Below, piece by piece: positions 25,806 through 38,399 of a stretch of DNA of 64,000 nucleotides. Origin of the DNA: Vicugna vicugna (lineage: Eukaryota); the NCBI GenBank assembly GCA_013265495.1, contig MU058221.1:2046001-2110000 (forward strand), written 5' to 3'. The notes beneath the pieces are model-generated. The model saw nothing but the letters and a program-made list of their open reading frames with translations. It was not told the DNA's origin and ran no database searches. Positions within the stretch are counted from its first letter, which is position 1, and each line of letters opens with the position of its first letter. The position numbers and the translations under genes were made by a program.

Positions 25806-26030
25806 CAGTGGTTCTCAGCCCGGGGCAGTCCCTGGCGCGGGGGATATTTGTCAATGTCTAGAGACATTTTGGGTGGTACATCTGCATGGATGCTTCGAGC
25901 ATCCAGTGGGTATCGGTCAGGGATGTGCTGCACATCCTTCAGGCACTGAACAGTCCCCTCCTCGCCCTCCCCACAAGCAGAATGATCTGTCCCACAGTGT
26001 CAGTAATGCCAAGTTCTAGACCAATCCCTG
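25806..26030 (+). mobile_element. MER20 hAT-Charlie element
   Basis: cagtggttctcagcccgggg...gtcaatgtctagagacattttggg...catccagtgggtatcggtcagggatgtgctgcacatcctt...agaatgatctgtcccacagtgtcagtaatgccaag. Confidence 0.85.
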
Positions 26031-27007
26031 ATTTTACTACTAAGGAAATTGCAGACAGTGAGGTGGGGGATTCGTTCAGAGCCATGCAGTTTATTTCATG
26101 TCTGAGTCTAAGTCTTAATTTTCTTTATTTTTTGTCCTTTGCCTGAGGGTCCATATGAAATGGCAATATAGGAAGAAAAATAGCACCAAAATATAAAAGA
26201 ACAACATTTTAATTGTGCATAAACTTTAGGTCACATTTGTAGTTCAATTTGTAATTAGTAGGAGGTTGATAAACAAACACTTGGTGAAAGAAATTAGATA
26301 TGACACCTATATGTGAATACAGGTATATACGGAGCAATGTAAATACATTGACAGTGAAGCATGTGTGCTTCATTGAAATACATATTCCTCTATTATCCAG
26401 CACACTGTCTGTAATGAAGATGAAAAAGACAGCATCCCAGTTGGCAGAGAGCAATCCAGCTGGGACGGTTGGCTGAGAGATGAATAGTGATGAACCAAGA
26501 AGACGTACACCTACCTGTAAAGTGCTACGTGAATGCAGGTGGGGGGCGGCCATTAAGCCTGGAGGTGGTCTGGAGAGAACAGAGAGGAGGGCAGCAGGGT
26601 CCTGAGGAATGGACAGCAGTGCGTCAGGCGGGAAGGAGGAGGGAGAGAGGGCATTCTGGGTGGACATGACACTGTGCCAAAGGCGTGGGGGGTCAGAGTG
26701 CCCGAGGGTATTCTGGTTAAAAATCAGCAGGATCAAACTGGCCATTTGCCCAGTTGGGGCTACTTAAGGGCAAAGGACAGGTGGCGGGGTCGGGGGACAT
26801 ACCTGTTACCCACCGAGATCCCCCCCCATGTGCTGTGGTACTGGCAGTTTCACTGTGAGAAGTCCTCTCCATTTGGTTTTAAAAACTGCCCTTTCCCTGC
26901 CATCATCTGTAGAGAGGAAATGTATGTCCAGCCACAGTATGTCTCCCGAGGACCTTCAGGGAACAGAGTTTATCCAGCTGCTTCTCTTTGGAAAAATAAG
27001 ACTGGCA

Positions 27008-27125
27008 GGGAGAGTACAGCTCAGTGGCAGGTGTGCTTAGCGTGCATGAGGTCCTGGGTTCAATCCCCAGTACGTCCACTTAAAAATAAACAAATAGATC
27101 TAATTACCTCCCCCGACCCCTGGAA
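27008..27125 (+). mobile_element. tRNA-derived camelid SINE (Vic-1-like)
   Basis: gggagagtacagctcagtggcagg (A box), gggttcaatcccc (B box), tail aaataaacaaatagatctaattacctcccc. Confidence 0.9.
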
Positions 27126-30100
27126 AAGTTTTTTTTTTTCAAATCACATGCAGAAAAACCCTGATTCACTTGGAAATAAGGGTTCCAGGTGGTTGAGGAG
27201 GTGAGAGGTACCAGCAGGGGACTTGAGGAAACAAGAAAATTTGGGATGATGAGCACGTACCCACGTCACAGCGTGCCTGACTCCTTGCTCCACACAGAGT
27301 CTGAGTGGATCCTCTTGTGCTGTTTTCAAGCAGACTTCTTGTAATTTTGGAGCTGTGTATTCTAATTTTATTGTTATTGTTATTGTTACACCCATGTTGA
27401 TTGCCTAGACCGGCGTAGGCACCCTTCGCAATCTGGTAAGGGGTGTGGCTTACCTGGTCTGGTCCTGCAGCCACAGCATCCCGGCTGCACAGAGCCTGTC
27501 TGTCAGCGGCAACTTGGTTTTTGTATCTATTTGATGTATGATCCTGGAGGCTGTCCCTAATTTGAACTTTATAAAATGCAGAAAGGACCAGAGCCACCAT
27601 TAGCCCGTCTGGGGCATTTTTATAAATTACACGAAGGGCCGGAAGGCTACTTGGAGAGGCACCTTTTTCGCTTTGCCCGGGACGTGCTTTGTCCACGCCG
27701 GGGCGAGTGGCCGTGACCGCTCGCCTGGTGAGGGGGAGGGGAGTTGGATTTCAGGCTCACTTGCACCCCTCCTCCCAGCGCCTTTGTAGAGACCATAAGC
27801 TGTATGTTGCACGCAGGGGCTCTGAAAAGCTGAGCTGAGAGCCATGATCCATATGGCAGGTGAGTGATACACACTTAGCACAAGTGCTCATACAGCAAGG
27901 GTGCATACGTGTATGTCTGTGGGTGTGTTTGTGTGTCCACGTGTGTTTGTAGAACCGTGTCTGCTGTTAACCTCTCACCCCACCTCCTTAAGAAGGTGGA
28001 AGGTGTGCTTTGGGAAACTCCTGCATCCTGGTCTGTGTACCCTCTGTGTCGCGTGCCTTGCTGCTGGAAGTGGGGCTTTTGTTACTGCCCAGAGGAATTC
28101 CTTCAACTCTGCAGTCTCATTCTGTGCAGTGTCTTCATCAGTCACAAGTCTGGGCCAAACCCGGGCACTTCGACCCGTTCTTCTCCTTCAGCGTTCTCTC
28201 TCAGAACTGCGGGCTCTGTCCGCACACGCACCTTGGAGGCCGCCTGGGTCTCCTCCACGCCACACCAGCCCAGTGTCCTCCACCGAGGTCGTGGGAGTAG
28301 ATACGGTGCTTCCAACCCCTCCTGACCGGTCAAGAGGGTTTCTGTCTTCACTGGGCCCGGTAGACGGCTTCTCATGTTGTTCCAGTGACTTAAGCTCCGG
28401 GCCCTGCGCCGGGGTTTCTGCTCCGAACACAAGGTCATGCCCCAAGACGTTTGGGAGTTTACTTTCTCAGCGAACATCACTGTGTGTCAAGTCCCGGGCT
28501 GGCGTCCTAGTGTCTGACTTTTCCTGGACGTCCTGTGTAGCTCCTCACAACAGGCAAATAGGGTGAAGATAAGAAATCACATTTGAATTCCAGAAACCAT
28601 ATCGCCAGCTCTGTCCTGACCTCAGAATTAGCGATGTACGGACCTTTCTCTCCTGTGCAAGTTTGCAGTGATATAATATTAAAAAACCTCAAACACCAGT
28701 TGCCGTGGTTGCGCGCTGCCTGTTGTCAGATCAAGAGGCTGTCCAGGGAGCTGACGTGCTGCCGCTGCGCCCTGGCCAGGGGCTTATTTGATGTGTCCTG
28801 CTGGTTTCTGTGGGTCACACTTGTCCCAGCAGCTGGCACTGCGCTCGTGCAAAGCTCGGACAAGTGTTCCCCACGCCGGGCTTCGCCTCCTGATCGTGCC
28901 CTGTTGACGAGCCCTGCCCTCGAAGTACGTACGACCTTCCGTGGGGTTATTTTTCTCTCCACCTGATTTATATTGTTTTGCTGTTTCTTTAATGTTGAGC
29001 AAGAACTTTATTTCTGTTTTTATGTTATTCAGTTTCTCCCTTTTTATAAGCTGTGTGCTCCGGTGTCTCAGTTTTCACACCCTGTTCAGCTGTTTTAAAT
29101 GTCTTAAAACCTTTCATCTTTGCTCACATTAACATTCACAAAGATTAAAAAATCAAAGAACATAAAATGCTTTAAGAATTGAACAAATTCATCCATTTTT
29201 TGTATGACTGTGTACTATACTAATTTCAGAATATGTGATTTCAGTGTAATTTTATACGTGTAGATATTTTAAGGATAATAAGAATAATTTTGCAAAGAAT
29301 AAAGTGTATCTTCAGAAAAGCATAGTGTTTTTGAAAACAGGCATCCGCTGCCCATCATTTCGGTGGTAACTTCTGTAAATCAGCATTTATGGAATTCATC
29401 TTAATCAGATATCCTTACGTAGGCAAGACTGTTGCTTGACATCAGTCCTCCTCTGTAAGAGATGGCAGGACAGGTTTAGAAATTACTGCAGCCTTCCTGG
29501 CCAGAGGTAGTCACATGCTACTTAACATTGGACAAAACGGTCTTTCTTTTTTCAAACTGAGTGAAGATGGCGAGAGAGTCCTTGATATTCTTGACCTGTT
29601 ACAGTTTTAAGTGTTTAGTCTGAGGACTTCCATTTCAATCAGGCAGCTAGAGTGGAATAAAATTGAACAGCAAGAAGAATTATGTTTCCTTCACTGGCTC
29701 TTACACGTTCGAGCAGGAGCCTTTAATTTGCCATGTGGGCTGGTGAAGGGCCGTCTTTGTCTTGAATCAAGAAGGTGTGGACCGCAGGGAAGGTGGCATC
29801 TCTTACATTTGAACCTGGCACCAGACGAGTCCTCATAGTTAATCAAAAGCCATTTTATCTGAAGATGAAGAATTTTAACAAAAAAGTTATAACATCATCC
29901 GCCTTAAGGTTACTACCAGAAGAGGCAGAGGTGAAGAGGAGACGGTTACTTAATTTAATAACTATGTAAAGAATCTGAGCCTATAGAAGGCGTATACCAG
30001 GGACTAAGGGCCGTGGAAAGTCGCCAGACTCCCCTGAGCTTGGCTCTTCCTGTCGGTAAAATGTGGGTGAGATGCAGGTCTTACAGGCGGCTGGAGGGAT

Positions 30101-31732
30101 GAGGAGTAATGCATTAAATATCCTTGGCACTCCCAACCCTAAAAGGTCACCGTGACTGTTTGAGATGTTTCCCCAGTGTTTAAATCATCTAGGTCATCAT
30201 GCAGGCTAATAAATGTGAACAGGAGAGGAAAAAAAATAATAATAGTAAAAAAAAAAATGGATGTAGCTAAGGAGTTTGCAGTTTTTTGCAGGCACTGGGG
30301 TCTCGTTGAAGGTTCAGCGCAGGAGTGACTGCCACACGTTGCCAAAGCGCAGCTGCCTTGGAACTAGCTTCGGGGGCAGAAACAAGAGCTAGGCGGGCAG
30401 GCTGGAAGGACTGCGATTGCTGTGCTCTTCCGGGGCAGAAGCGGCCATGGAAGCTTGAACAGGATGGAGGGGAGGGTGGAGTTGTGGAGGAGGACTGAAG
30501 AAAGGAAGGATGCAAGAGGTGGTAAGGCCATGGAGTCAAAGGCGTTACTGCTTCCGCGTTTTCAGGGCCAAGGAACAGAAGACACCAGCTCAAGGGCGGG
30601 TGGGCATTCAGGTCCAGGGAGAAGACAGAGCAAGTTCTGCTGTGGACAGACCCAGTTGGAAGTTCAGTCACGGCGCCCCCTGGCCGTTGACACTGGACAG
30701 GTCATTTCTCCAGGGAGGAGCTTTGTCAGGAAAGAATTCCTGTCGTCATCTCTCATGAAGTCGGTAGACCTGTGCACAGCGAGAGAGAAGGTGTTTTGGG
30801 GTCACTTTGCAGAGCTGGGTGGACGGCAGGGGCTCCGCCTCCGGCAGCTTCTTCCTGAGAAGCTCTGAGAGGTTGTGTGTCTTACAAGGGGTGAGGCCTC
30901 GCGGTTGCTGTGTCCCGCGAAGAAACAGAAGACAAATTTCCTTAATGGTGATACTGCTTATCTTGAGATACTGTTATTTCTGATGTGCTCACCCTGAGCT
31001 ACTGGGTCAAACCACTTTGAGAAAATACTCAAAACCTACTTTGAGAACCTGTCTAGGAACACGTGAAGGGCAGGTCCTTCTGTATGTGGGAAACACTATT
31101 GTATTTGTTATACTTATTATTATATTATATTAGAGAGAAGGTGGGAATGGATGCGTTTGTCAGTGGAGCATGTTTTGAGTGGTGAGAGATACCGTGAACG
31201 CAGTGAGAACATTTAATTCAAACATCCTTTCATGATCTCCGTTGCTTTTTCTGAGATGCCACAGAGGTGTCTGCTTGTGAGTTAATTTCAGCCACAGCCC
31301 ATCAGCTTGTAAATACGACAACACAAAGAGAAGACAGGATGCGTGCGTGTGTCTGTGTTTGTGTTGCGTGCACATGCGAGTCTGTCTGTGGAGACACATG
31401 CATTCTCACTTAGTCATGTCCACAGCCTTCGTTTCAGAGAACTGTCTAGGGAGACTTAAAAGCCCACATCAGTGGTCCCATTAGTTTTGTTTTCCTTTTC
31501 GGTTGGAGCTGTCATGTATCCACCGTCTTCATGGGCTGGATGTACCCCGAGATAGTTTTAGCAAGAGATGCCTTTTGCTTCAAACACAGTCATATACACA
31601 GCTTCCAGCTGAACAGAGGGGAAGAAGGAATTCTTGGGGTGTTAGTCAAATCCTCTCATTTTTGCCTTGTTATTTTAAAGCCTAGACGTAGTTTCCAAAC
31701 AGCATTGAGCAAAAGTAGACTCTCAGGACACT

Positions 31733-32200
31733 CGCTTGCGTTCGCAGCAACGTGGACAGACCTGGAGAATGTCATTCGAAGTGAAGGAAGCCAGAAAGAG
31801 AGAGAAAGCTACCATGTGATACCTCTCGTATGTGGAATCTTAAAAAAAAAAGAAAAAAGAGGACCCTAAGGAACTCATCTACAAAATGGAAACAGACTCG
31901 CAGACAGTAAACCATATTATGGTTACCCGGGGAAAGGGAGCGGGAAGGGATAAAGTTGGGAGTTTGAGATTTGCAAATGTTAACCACTACATATAAAGAT
32001 ACATAAAAAGCAGATTTCTTCTGTACAGCACAGGGAGCTATATTCAGTATCTTATAATAACTCTTAATGAAAAAGAATATGAAAATGAATACATGTATGT
32101 GTGTATATGCGTGACTGGGACATTGTGCTGCACACCAGGAATTGATACATTGTACCTAATTATACCTCAATTTTAAATAAATAAATTAGGAAAAAAAGAA
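31733..32200 (+). mobile_element. Young camelid-type L1 3' end
   Basis: ttcgcagcaacgtggacagacctggag (FAATWTDLE), gttgggagtttgagatttgcaaatg, A-rich tail. Confidence 0.9.
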
Positions 32201-32778
32201 AGAAGAAACTTGCTGTGGACTGTGGGTGGCTGTAAGGCAGAACAACTCCAGCGAGGTTTTACCCTTGTTTGAATTGAGAAACCCTGTGGCAGCCTCTCAG
32301 CCGCTCTTACCTGGTTTACCCTTCATTTCTCTGTCTGGTGGCAGCGAGAACAGACTGAAGCCAGAGCGGCTCAGGGACTGCTGTTGACGGCGCGTGTAGC
32401 TGCAGCGTGTCGCTCCTGCCATTCCTTTCCTTGGATTCCAGAGAGACTGCAGAAGGGGAGCGCCTCTGGCCCCTGAGCTGCCATCTGGTGACTCGCACTG
32501 GAACTTGAGCTGGCCTGATCTCTTTCTTCCTCTCTTTCTGCCCCCAGCTTCCTCTCTGAGGCAAAAGGAGGGGGGCTTGAGATAAGAACGAAAGACAAGC
32601 AGGGTACCACAGGCCTTCAAGACTTTTCCTGACAATGGCAAACTGTTTGGTCATCCTTTTCCCTTACTTCCTTATAAAGAAGAGGTAAAATGAGTAGCTA
32701 CGTACAGGAGACAGGAAGGAAAAGAAATCCTGACTCACGCACAGCTCGTCGGAAACCTTGAGCTTGAAAGTGAAGAAC

Positions 32779-33110
32779 AAAGGTTGGGGAACCTTTTCTT
32801 TAAAGGGCCGGAGAGTCAGTCCTTTGGGCCCTGAGGACCCCAGGGTATTCAGATTCATAACGGCTACTGAGTTACGCCTTTGTAGTGAGAAGGCAGCCTC
32901 AGACAACACGGAAACAGACGTGTCTGTGTTCCCACAAAGTGATTTATGGAAAATTAAGTAGAGTTTTATAGATTTTCATGTATCGTGAGTCATGATCTGT
33001 TCGATTTTTAAAACTGTTGAAAGATGTAAATATCAATCTTCGTTCGTGGGCCCGGAGAGACAAGTGGTGGGTTGGACGTGGCTCGTGAACCGTGGGCTGC
33101 CAACCCCAGG
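32779..33110 (+). mobile_element. MER58B-like hAT-Charlie element
   Basis: ggttggggaaccttttctttaaagggcc...tgtagtgagaaggcagcctcagacaacacg...ccgtgggctgccaacccc. Confidence 0.8.
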
Positions 33111-33149
33111 ATGAGGAGGAGAATGTGTGCTGTTCATGGGACATTGATA

Positions 33150-33530
33150 ACAGTGCAATAGGTCCCGTTTATTGAGCATTTACTGTATACAAGGCCTTGT
33201 GCCAAGCACTTTACTGTGTCACCTCGTTTAATCCGTAAGGCCATTCTGTGTGAGGTGTTCTTAGTTCAAGTCTCAGAACCAGTTTGGGCTCAGAGAATTT
33301 AGGAAGCTCTCCCGGCGTCTCCTTGTTGGTAACTCAGAAGGCTTGTGTTCAGCTCTCACCAGGCAGTGCAGCCCTGGGAGAAACTCTCTGCGTCTTGGAA
33401 TTTTCTGCCCCTCATTTGCAAAATCTTAGGTGTTATTCCTGCTCTCTTGTTGCCTTGTGCTGGTTGTGAGGCTCCTGCAGTTCAGACAGCTCTGAAGAGC
33501 TGTGCGGCGTCAGGGAGTTAGCACTCAGAC
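33150..33530. mobile_element. MIR fragments
   Basis: tttattgagcatttactgtatacaaggccttgtgccaagcactttac...cctcgtttaatcc; cctcatttgcaaaat. Confidence 0.6.
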
Positions 33531-33534
33531 TGTT

Positions 33535-33672
33535 GGCCTCGGGGGTAGAGCGCAGGCTTCGCCTGCCCGAGGTCTTGGGTTCAATCCCCAGCACCTCCAT
33601 CAAGGAAGTGAGTAAATAAAGAAATACACCTAATTCCTCACCCCAGCAAAAAATAAAACAGAACAAACAAAG
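33535..33672 (+). mobile_element. tRNA-derived camelid SINE (Vic-1-like)
   Basis: ggtagagcgcaggcttcgcctgcccgaggtcttgggttcaatccccagcacctcc...cctaattcctcacccc plus A-rich tail. Confidence 0.85.
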
Positions 33673-35194
33673 AATACTGGAATAAAGTATGAAGTTGTTC
33701 TTCCCTCCAGCTCTATAATCCTGCCCATAGCCACTAGCAATGTACTATAATTAAAGAAAAAAAAATTAGTCCCCCAGTCTCGTGGGATTAGTGATAAGGC
33801 GGTATGGCAACAAATGACAGTGTAATTAAACGGTGATACCCTCGGTAAAGGGAGATACGGTACAGGAGAGGCAGCAGAGAACAGTGCAAATGAGGGGAGA
33901 ATTCCCTGGATGGGTAAGAGGCAGGCTAGCTTTGAAAGGGTAGCGTAGACTGAACTTTGCCAAAGGGTATCAGTATATATTCAAGAATTACAAATACTCA
34001 TCACTGCAAGTTTCCATCACTGACATGAGTGATTTGAGTCATCAATGCGATGTACTCAAATTGTTGAATTTTAAAAGAATGTATGAAAAAAGATAATGTT
34101 TAAGAAGTCATAAATTGTGCATAGACAAAAAAAAACCCCTCTAGTTTTGCGATAACGTTCACAAAAGGGGAATATGCTGGTTCTAGAAACGCAGTGTGAG
34201 AAGCCGAAGTAGGGTGCCGAGCAATACTCGAGAACAGATTTTTAAGCAGCAGGTAGGTGAGTCCTTCGAGAAGAAAACACTGGTATCCTGCCAAGGTTTT
34301 TGAAAGGAAGAAACGAACGAGGTCAATTCAGGTTAAAATTAATTCATTTTTAAATTGGACTTTAAAAATATCCCCCCTGAATTATGAGTTCAGTCTATAA
34401 ATACTGGTTAAGAACCTGCTCAGTCTTGGGAACTGTTCTGATGGCTTGGACTCTGTTCATAAACAAAACTGACCAAGACCCCTGCCCTTGAGGGGCTTAC
34501 ACCCCTGCAGTGGTTGGGGGGGGGTCCCCGGGCTCCCAGCTCTGTTAGGAGCCCCTGCTGCCTTTGTCCCTCGTCGCTGCTCAGGGCATCGCACGTGGCC
34601 TGGAGACAAAGGGGGTAGGGAGGCAGAGAATGTTCACATTTCCGGCTCTGTTCACTTAGATTTGTCCCCATCACCATGGACGTGCTCATCAGGCTTCATA
34701 GAAGTGCTGGCTTAACTGAAGAAAATGAAGTAGGATGGGAAGACCATGAAACGATATGACTAATGTCTAAGTCGAGATGAAAAGCTCCCAAGATTTTAAA
34801 CTCTCCCTAGGGGCCCCCCGTCGATTTCTCGACGTCTCCTCGCTCCCCTCCTTGACCCTGCAGGAGGACCAGCGCTGACTCAGACAACCCGTGTGTGAAC
34901 AGAAGAAACTGCCCATTCCCCTGGGTGACCACTGGGGTTTAGGAAGCGGAGTGAGGGCTGGGCTGGACCCTGCTTGCCCCTGCGTCCAGTGCCTGTGTGC
35001 AGGGCACAGCCTGCCCCACCGTTGATGGCAGACTCCCCCTTCCTCCACAAGAGCACGTTTCCAAGTGTGAGCCATGCGGTCGGGCACTGTGCCCCAGGGT
35101 CCCAGCAGAACAGTGCATGATGACCTTTGGCCAGACAGACTCAAAAAGCTGCCCAGGGAAGCTCTGGAGATCTGAAGCATCAGCATGTTCACAG

Positions 35195-35280
35195 AATCAA
35201 CGCCGCTGTACTGTGCCCTTAAAAATGGTTTTAGGTGGTAGATTTTAGGTTATGTGTGTTTTACCACAATTTAAAAAAAC
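35195..35280 (+). mobile_element. L1MB-type extreme 3' end
   Basis: cttaaaaatggtt...ggtagattttaggttatgtgtgttttaccacaatttaaaaaaa. Confidence 0.7.
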
Positions 35281-38200
35281 TCTGTCCAGGGCAGGTTGGG
35301 GTGCAAGGTGGTGCCCCCTTACTGCAGAACTGCAGGCGTCTGTTTGTTCCCGGAGCTGTTTTGCTGATATTAATTGTATGAGACACGAGCTGACCTCCCA
35401 GTGACCACCCGTGACTGTTGTAGATGGTGCTGGCTCAACACATGAGGGAAGTAACTGTCTAACCGCCTGCTTCCCCGTCAGTGTGCAAGGAAGTACACCC
35501 TTGGCAGGTAACTGCATGATCTGCTTTATTCACTGACGCAATGTTTGTTACTTCTCACGTGAAATTAGCAAGTGCATTTACTGACGTACCTGACCCAGCT
35601 TCTCAGTAATAAAACCCAGTAGAGGTTTGAGGAATCACACCCAGCGATACACCCCCCCCCTACTGGGGGTGCACGAGAGGCTTATGATGTGCCTGCCGTA
35701 AAGCTGGACACTACTAATAAAGTAACTGTCAATGAAATTGGTTCATTAATTGTGGAAATCTCAAATTTCCCCCGAGTCAGGCAGTTAACAGGGATAAAAG
35801 ATGATCAGTCCCCACTCTGTCCTGCTGTCGAATTCCTGCTGCCTTTGTCCATTAGTTTGATGTGGAAAGTGAGCGCATGTAATTCAGGCTGTGACTGAAA
35901 GATGAAGCCCCCGGGAATGCATCGCACCTGGAAGCTAGACCTCACTTCTTCAGGAGACATCCAGCTCGTTCCCCTCAGAAATCGCTTTCATCGCCTACTT
36001 TCTGGCTTCTTAAAAAAACAGATAACGTGGTGCACACACACACAAAGAGCAGCTACAATGACTGTCCTTAAGTGATTACACCACCGTCTCGCATGAGTCT
36101 TTGAAATGCCTGATGCTTCCAGTGGGAAAGCTAGTATAAACGGCAGCATATTTTTAGGGCAACTTTGTTACCCTTCTTTTGACTCTGTACAAGACCTGGG
36201 GAAGAAATGCCACGTGGAAGAGCATATCTGCATGTGTTTTGTGATGGGAAAACCATCTATAAACTAACATGGGATTTAAGAGTCAACATATATAATTTAA
36301 CTTCTCATTGGTTCAAAAAACTGTGATTTATATACCATACTGTACTTTTAACTGAGCCGAAGCTCTCAGTCATTAACCCCAGTTCCCGTGTTTCATAGTC
36401 TGATATGTTCTCCGTTCGGTGTCTGGAGGTTTCCGCTCTACGTGTGAGATCCTGTGTCGCACCTGCTTTTCCAGACAAATTGCTTGTGGGCAGGAATGGT
36501 GTTATCTATACACAAACACATGTATTTACTCCCCAAATGTTATCTGGTCAGAGAGCGTTCTGTGTAATCATAGGTACTAAATAATTTTGAATGCTAATGG
36601 AGAATATCAAAACCTTTCAATGTGTTGTAGCTCTTCTATCAAATATATTCAAATGTGGTGCTTGAATCCTAGAAAATCCTCATTATTAGGAAAAATAGGC
36701 TGTCACCGTTGTATGTTCTGGTCTTCAAATTAACGTATTGGAGTGAGGACGGGACGCAATCCCAGCTTTGTTGGGGCCGCGTTCTGTAATACAAAGGAAA
36801 ATGTTTTCTGTTCTTACAGTAGCACTGTGCATGCACTGCAGATGGGCTGAGATTTAGCTAAATCAGGAAAGAGATCAGAAACAGTGTTTACAAGAACACT
36901 TATTAATATTGCATCCTGTTCAAATGGACTTTCTGCAGCAGTCTTTTCTATTTGAATTTGATTCTGTTTTCTAAAATGTAAATGGCACGGATATTTAGTA
37001 GGAGCAGCTGTAATCACTTATTCATTCAACTTGCATTTTTGAAGACCCACCTCAGCCACGCTGTCTGTGAGTTCTGGGCACATAATGGTGAGCAACAGAG
37101 GTGCGGGCTCATTGCCAGTGAAAAGGAAGAAGGTATTGACCACATTTAATAAAGCCAGCGAGTGGGTGAGGGGTGAGCTGGGCTGGATTTTACCTGAGGT
37201 GGAGCCTTGGTTGGATGGATGGGGACCTTCACGCTCCTGAAGACGTGCGTGGAGTTAACACACAGGCCATTAGTAGAAGTGCTGACTGAGCGTCTAGGGT
37301 GGTTAATCGTTAGAAGAGAGAAGTTTTCCACAATTATCCTGACTCGCTGTGTCAGCATCACGTGGTCCTCAGATCTCAGGGAATCCGTCTCCGAAATCGT
37401 CCAGCCTCACCCCGCAGTCTCTCCCGCCCGCCCATCTGAGGAGCCCACCCTCTTCGTTCCGTCTCAGAGCAAGCCGTCCGTTTCCTGTATCTCACCGTGC
37501 AGGCTTTGTCTTGTGTCCTTACTGCATTTACTCCTTCGGTGTTTTTATCCCCCCACCACTCGATTCTGATGCCACGAGGACAAGGCCGATGACTGTTTCC
37601 CTCACCTGGGTGTGTCCGTTGCTCGGCAGCCTGAGTGGCACGGAGACATGGCTCAGTAACTCCTCGTTGCAGCTGAAAAACGAGCTGCTAAGTTTGAACA
37701 CCCACTTTGTGGCTGATCATGGTCACGCAGTGGAGAGTAATGTCACTCTGAATTGTGATTCTGTTTTTTTTTCCCCTCTGCAAATTTTAACCTTTCTACA
37801 AAATTGGAACTGCCTTTTATTTTTATTTTGAAAGAGATCATATGTAAGTATAAAGGGCAATGAAAGGAAGTAACTCTGATGAAGTAAGAAAGTCAAAGAA
37901 TAGATAAGTAGGATGCTGTAACATTTCTAAAGGTCCTTTGCATTTTTGCTTTCTGCTTTGGTATTTTCAAAGTTTCAAGGAAAAGTTTTCTGCCATAAGG
38001 CCAAGAGGAGTTAGATGGCTGCCGGCCCTGCTCCCTGAAGACGCACACGGCCGGTCGTCTCACTCCTTTGCGAGTCCTCTTGGTCTTGTGAAGGTCGGGT
38101 GGCTTTTTCTTTTAAACCAGATTTGGAGTAGGGCCCTCTTGACACCCCGCCGCCTCCTTTGGCAACCGTTTCTCCTGTCTTGTGAAAAGAATCTTTTCGG

Positions 38201-38399
38201 TTGCATTGTTTACCAAGAGTCATTGCTAAACATAGATCGCTTTTCCCCTACTGGCGTCAGTGTGGCCGTTGAGAGCTCAAATGGGAGATGCGTTCTAAAA
38301 AGAGAGAATGAACTGAGGAGAAGGCCACGTTGTTACATTTTATCTACCAGGTTAGAATTTTAATTTTTTACCCATTGTTTGAATGACTGCATGATCCAA

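Noticed and set aside
25887..25905. Hairpin TGGATGCT-TCG-AGCATCCA
   Set aside because: Short stem inside MER20; too small for a pre-miRNA.
27008..27075. tRNA-like sequence with A and B boxes
   Set aside because: It is the head of a tRNA-derived SINE with a SINE tail; two further copies occur in the window.
27901..28566. Longest ORF in the window (221 aa)
   Set aside because: Starts at GTG in TG-rich sequence, is Ser/Cys/Leu-rich with no recognisable domain, and has overlapping ORFs in several frames. Typical of stop-poor GC-rich non-coding DNA.
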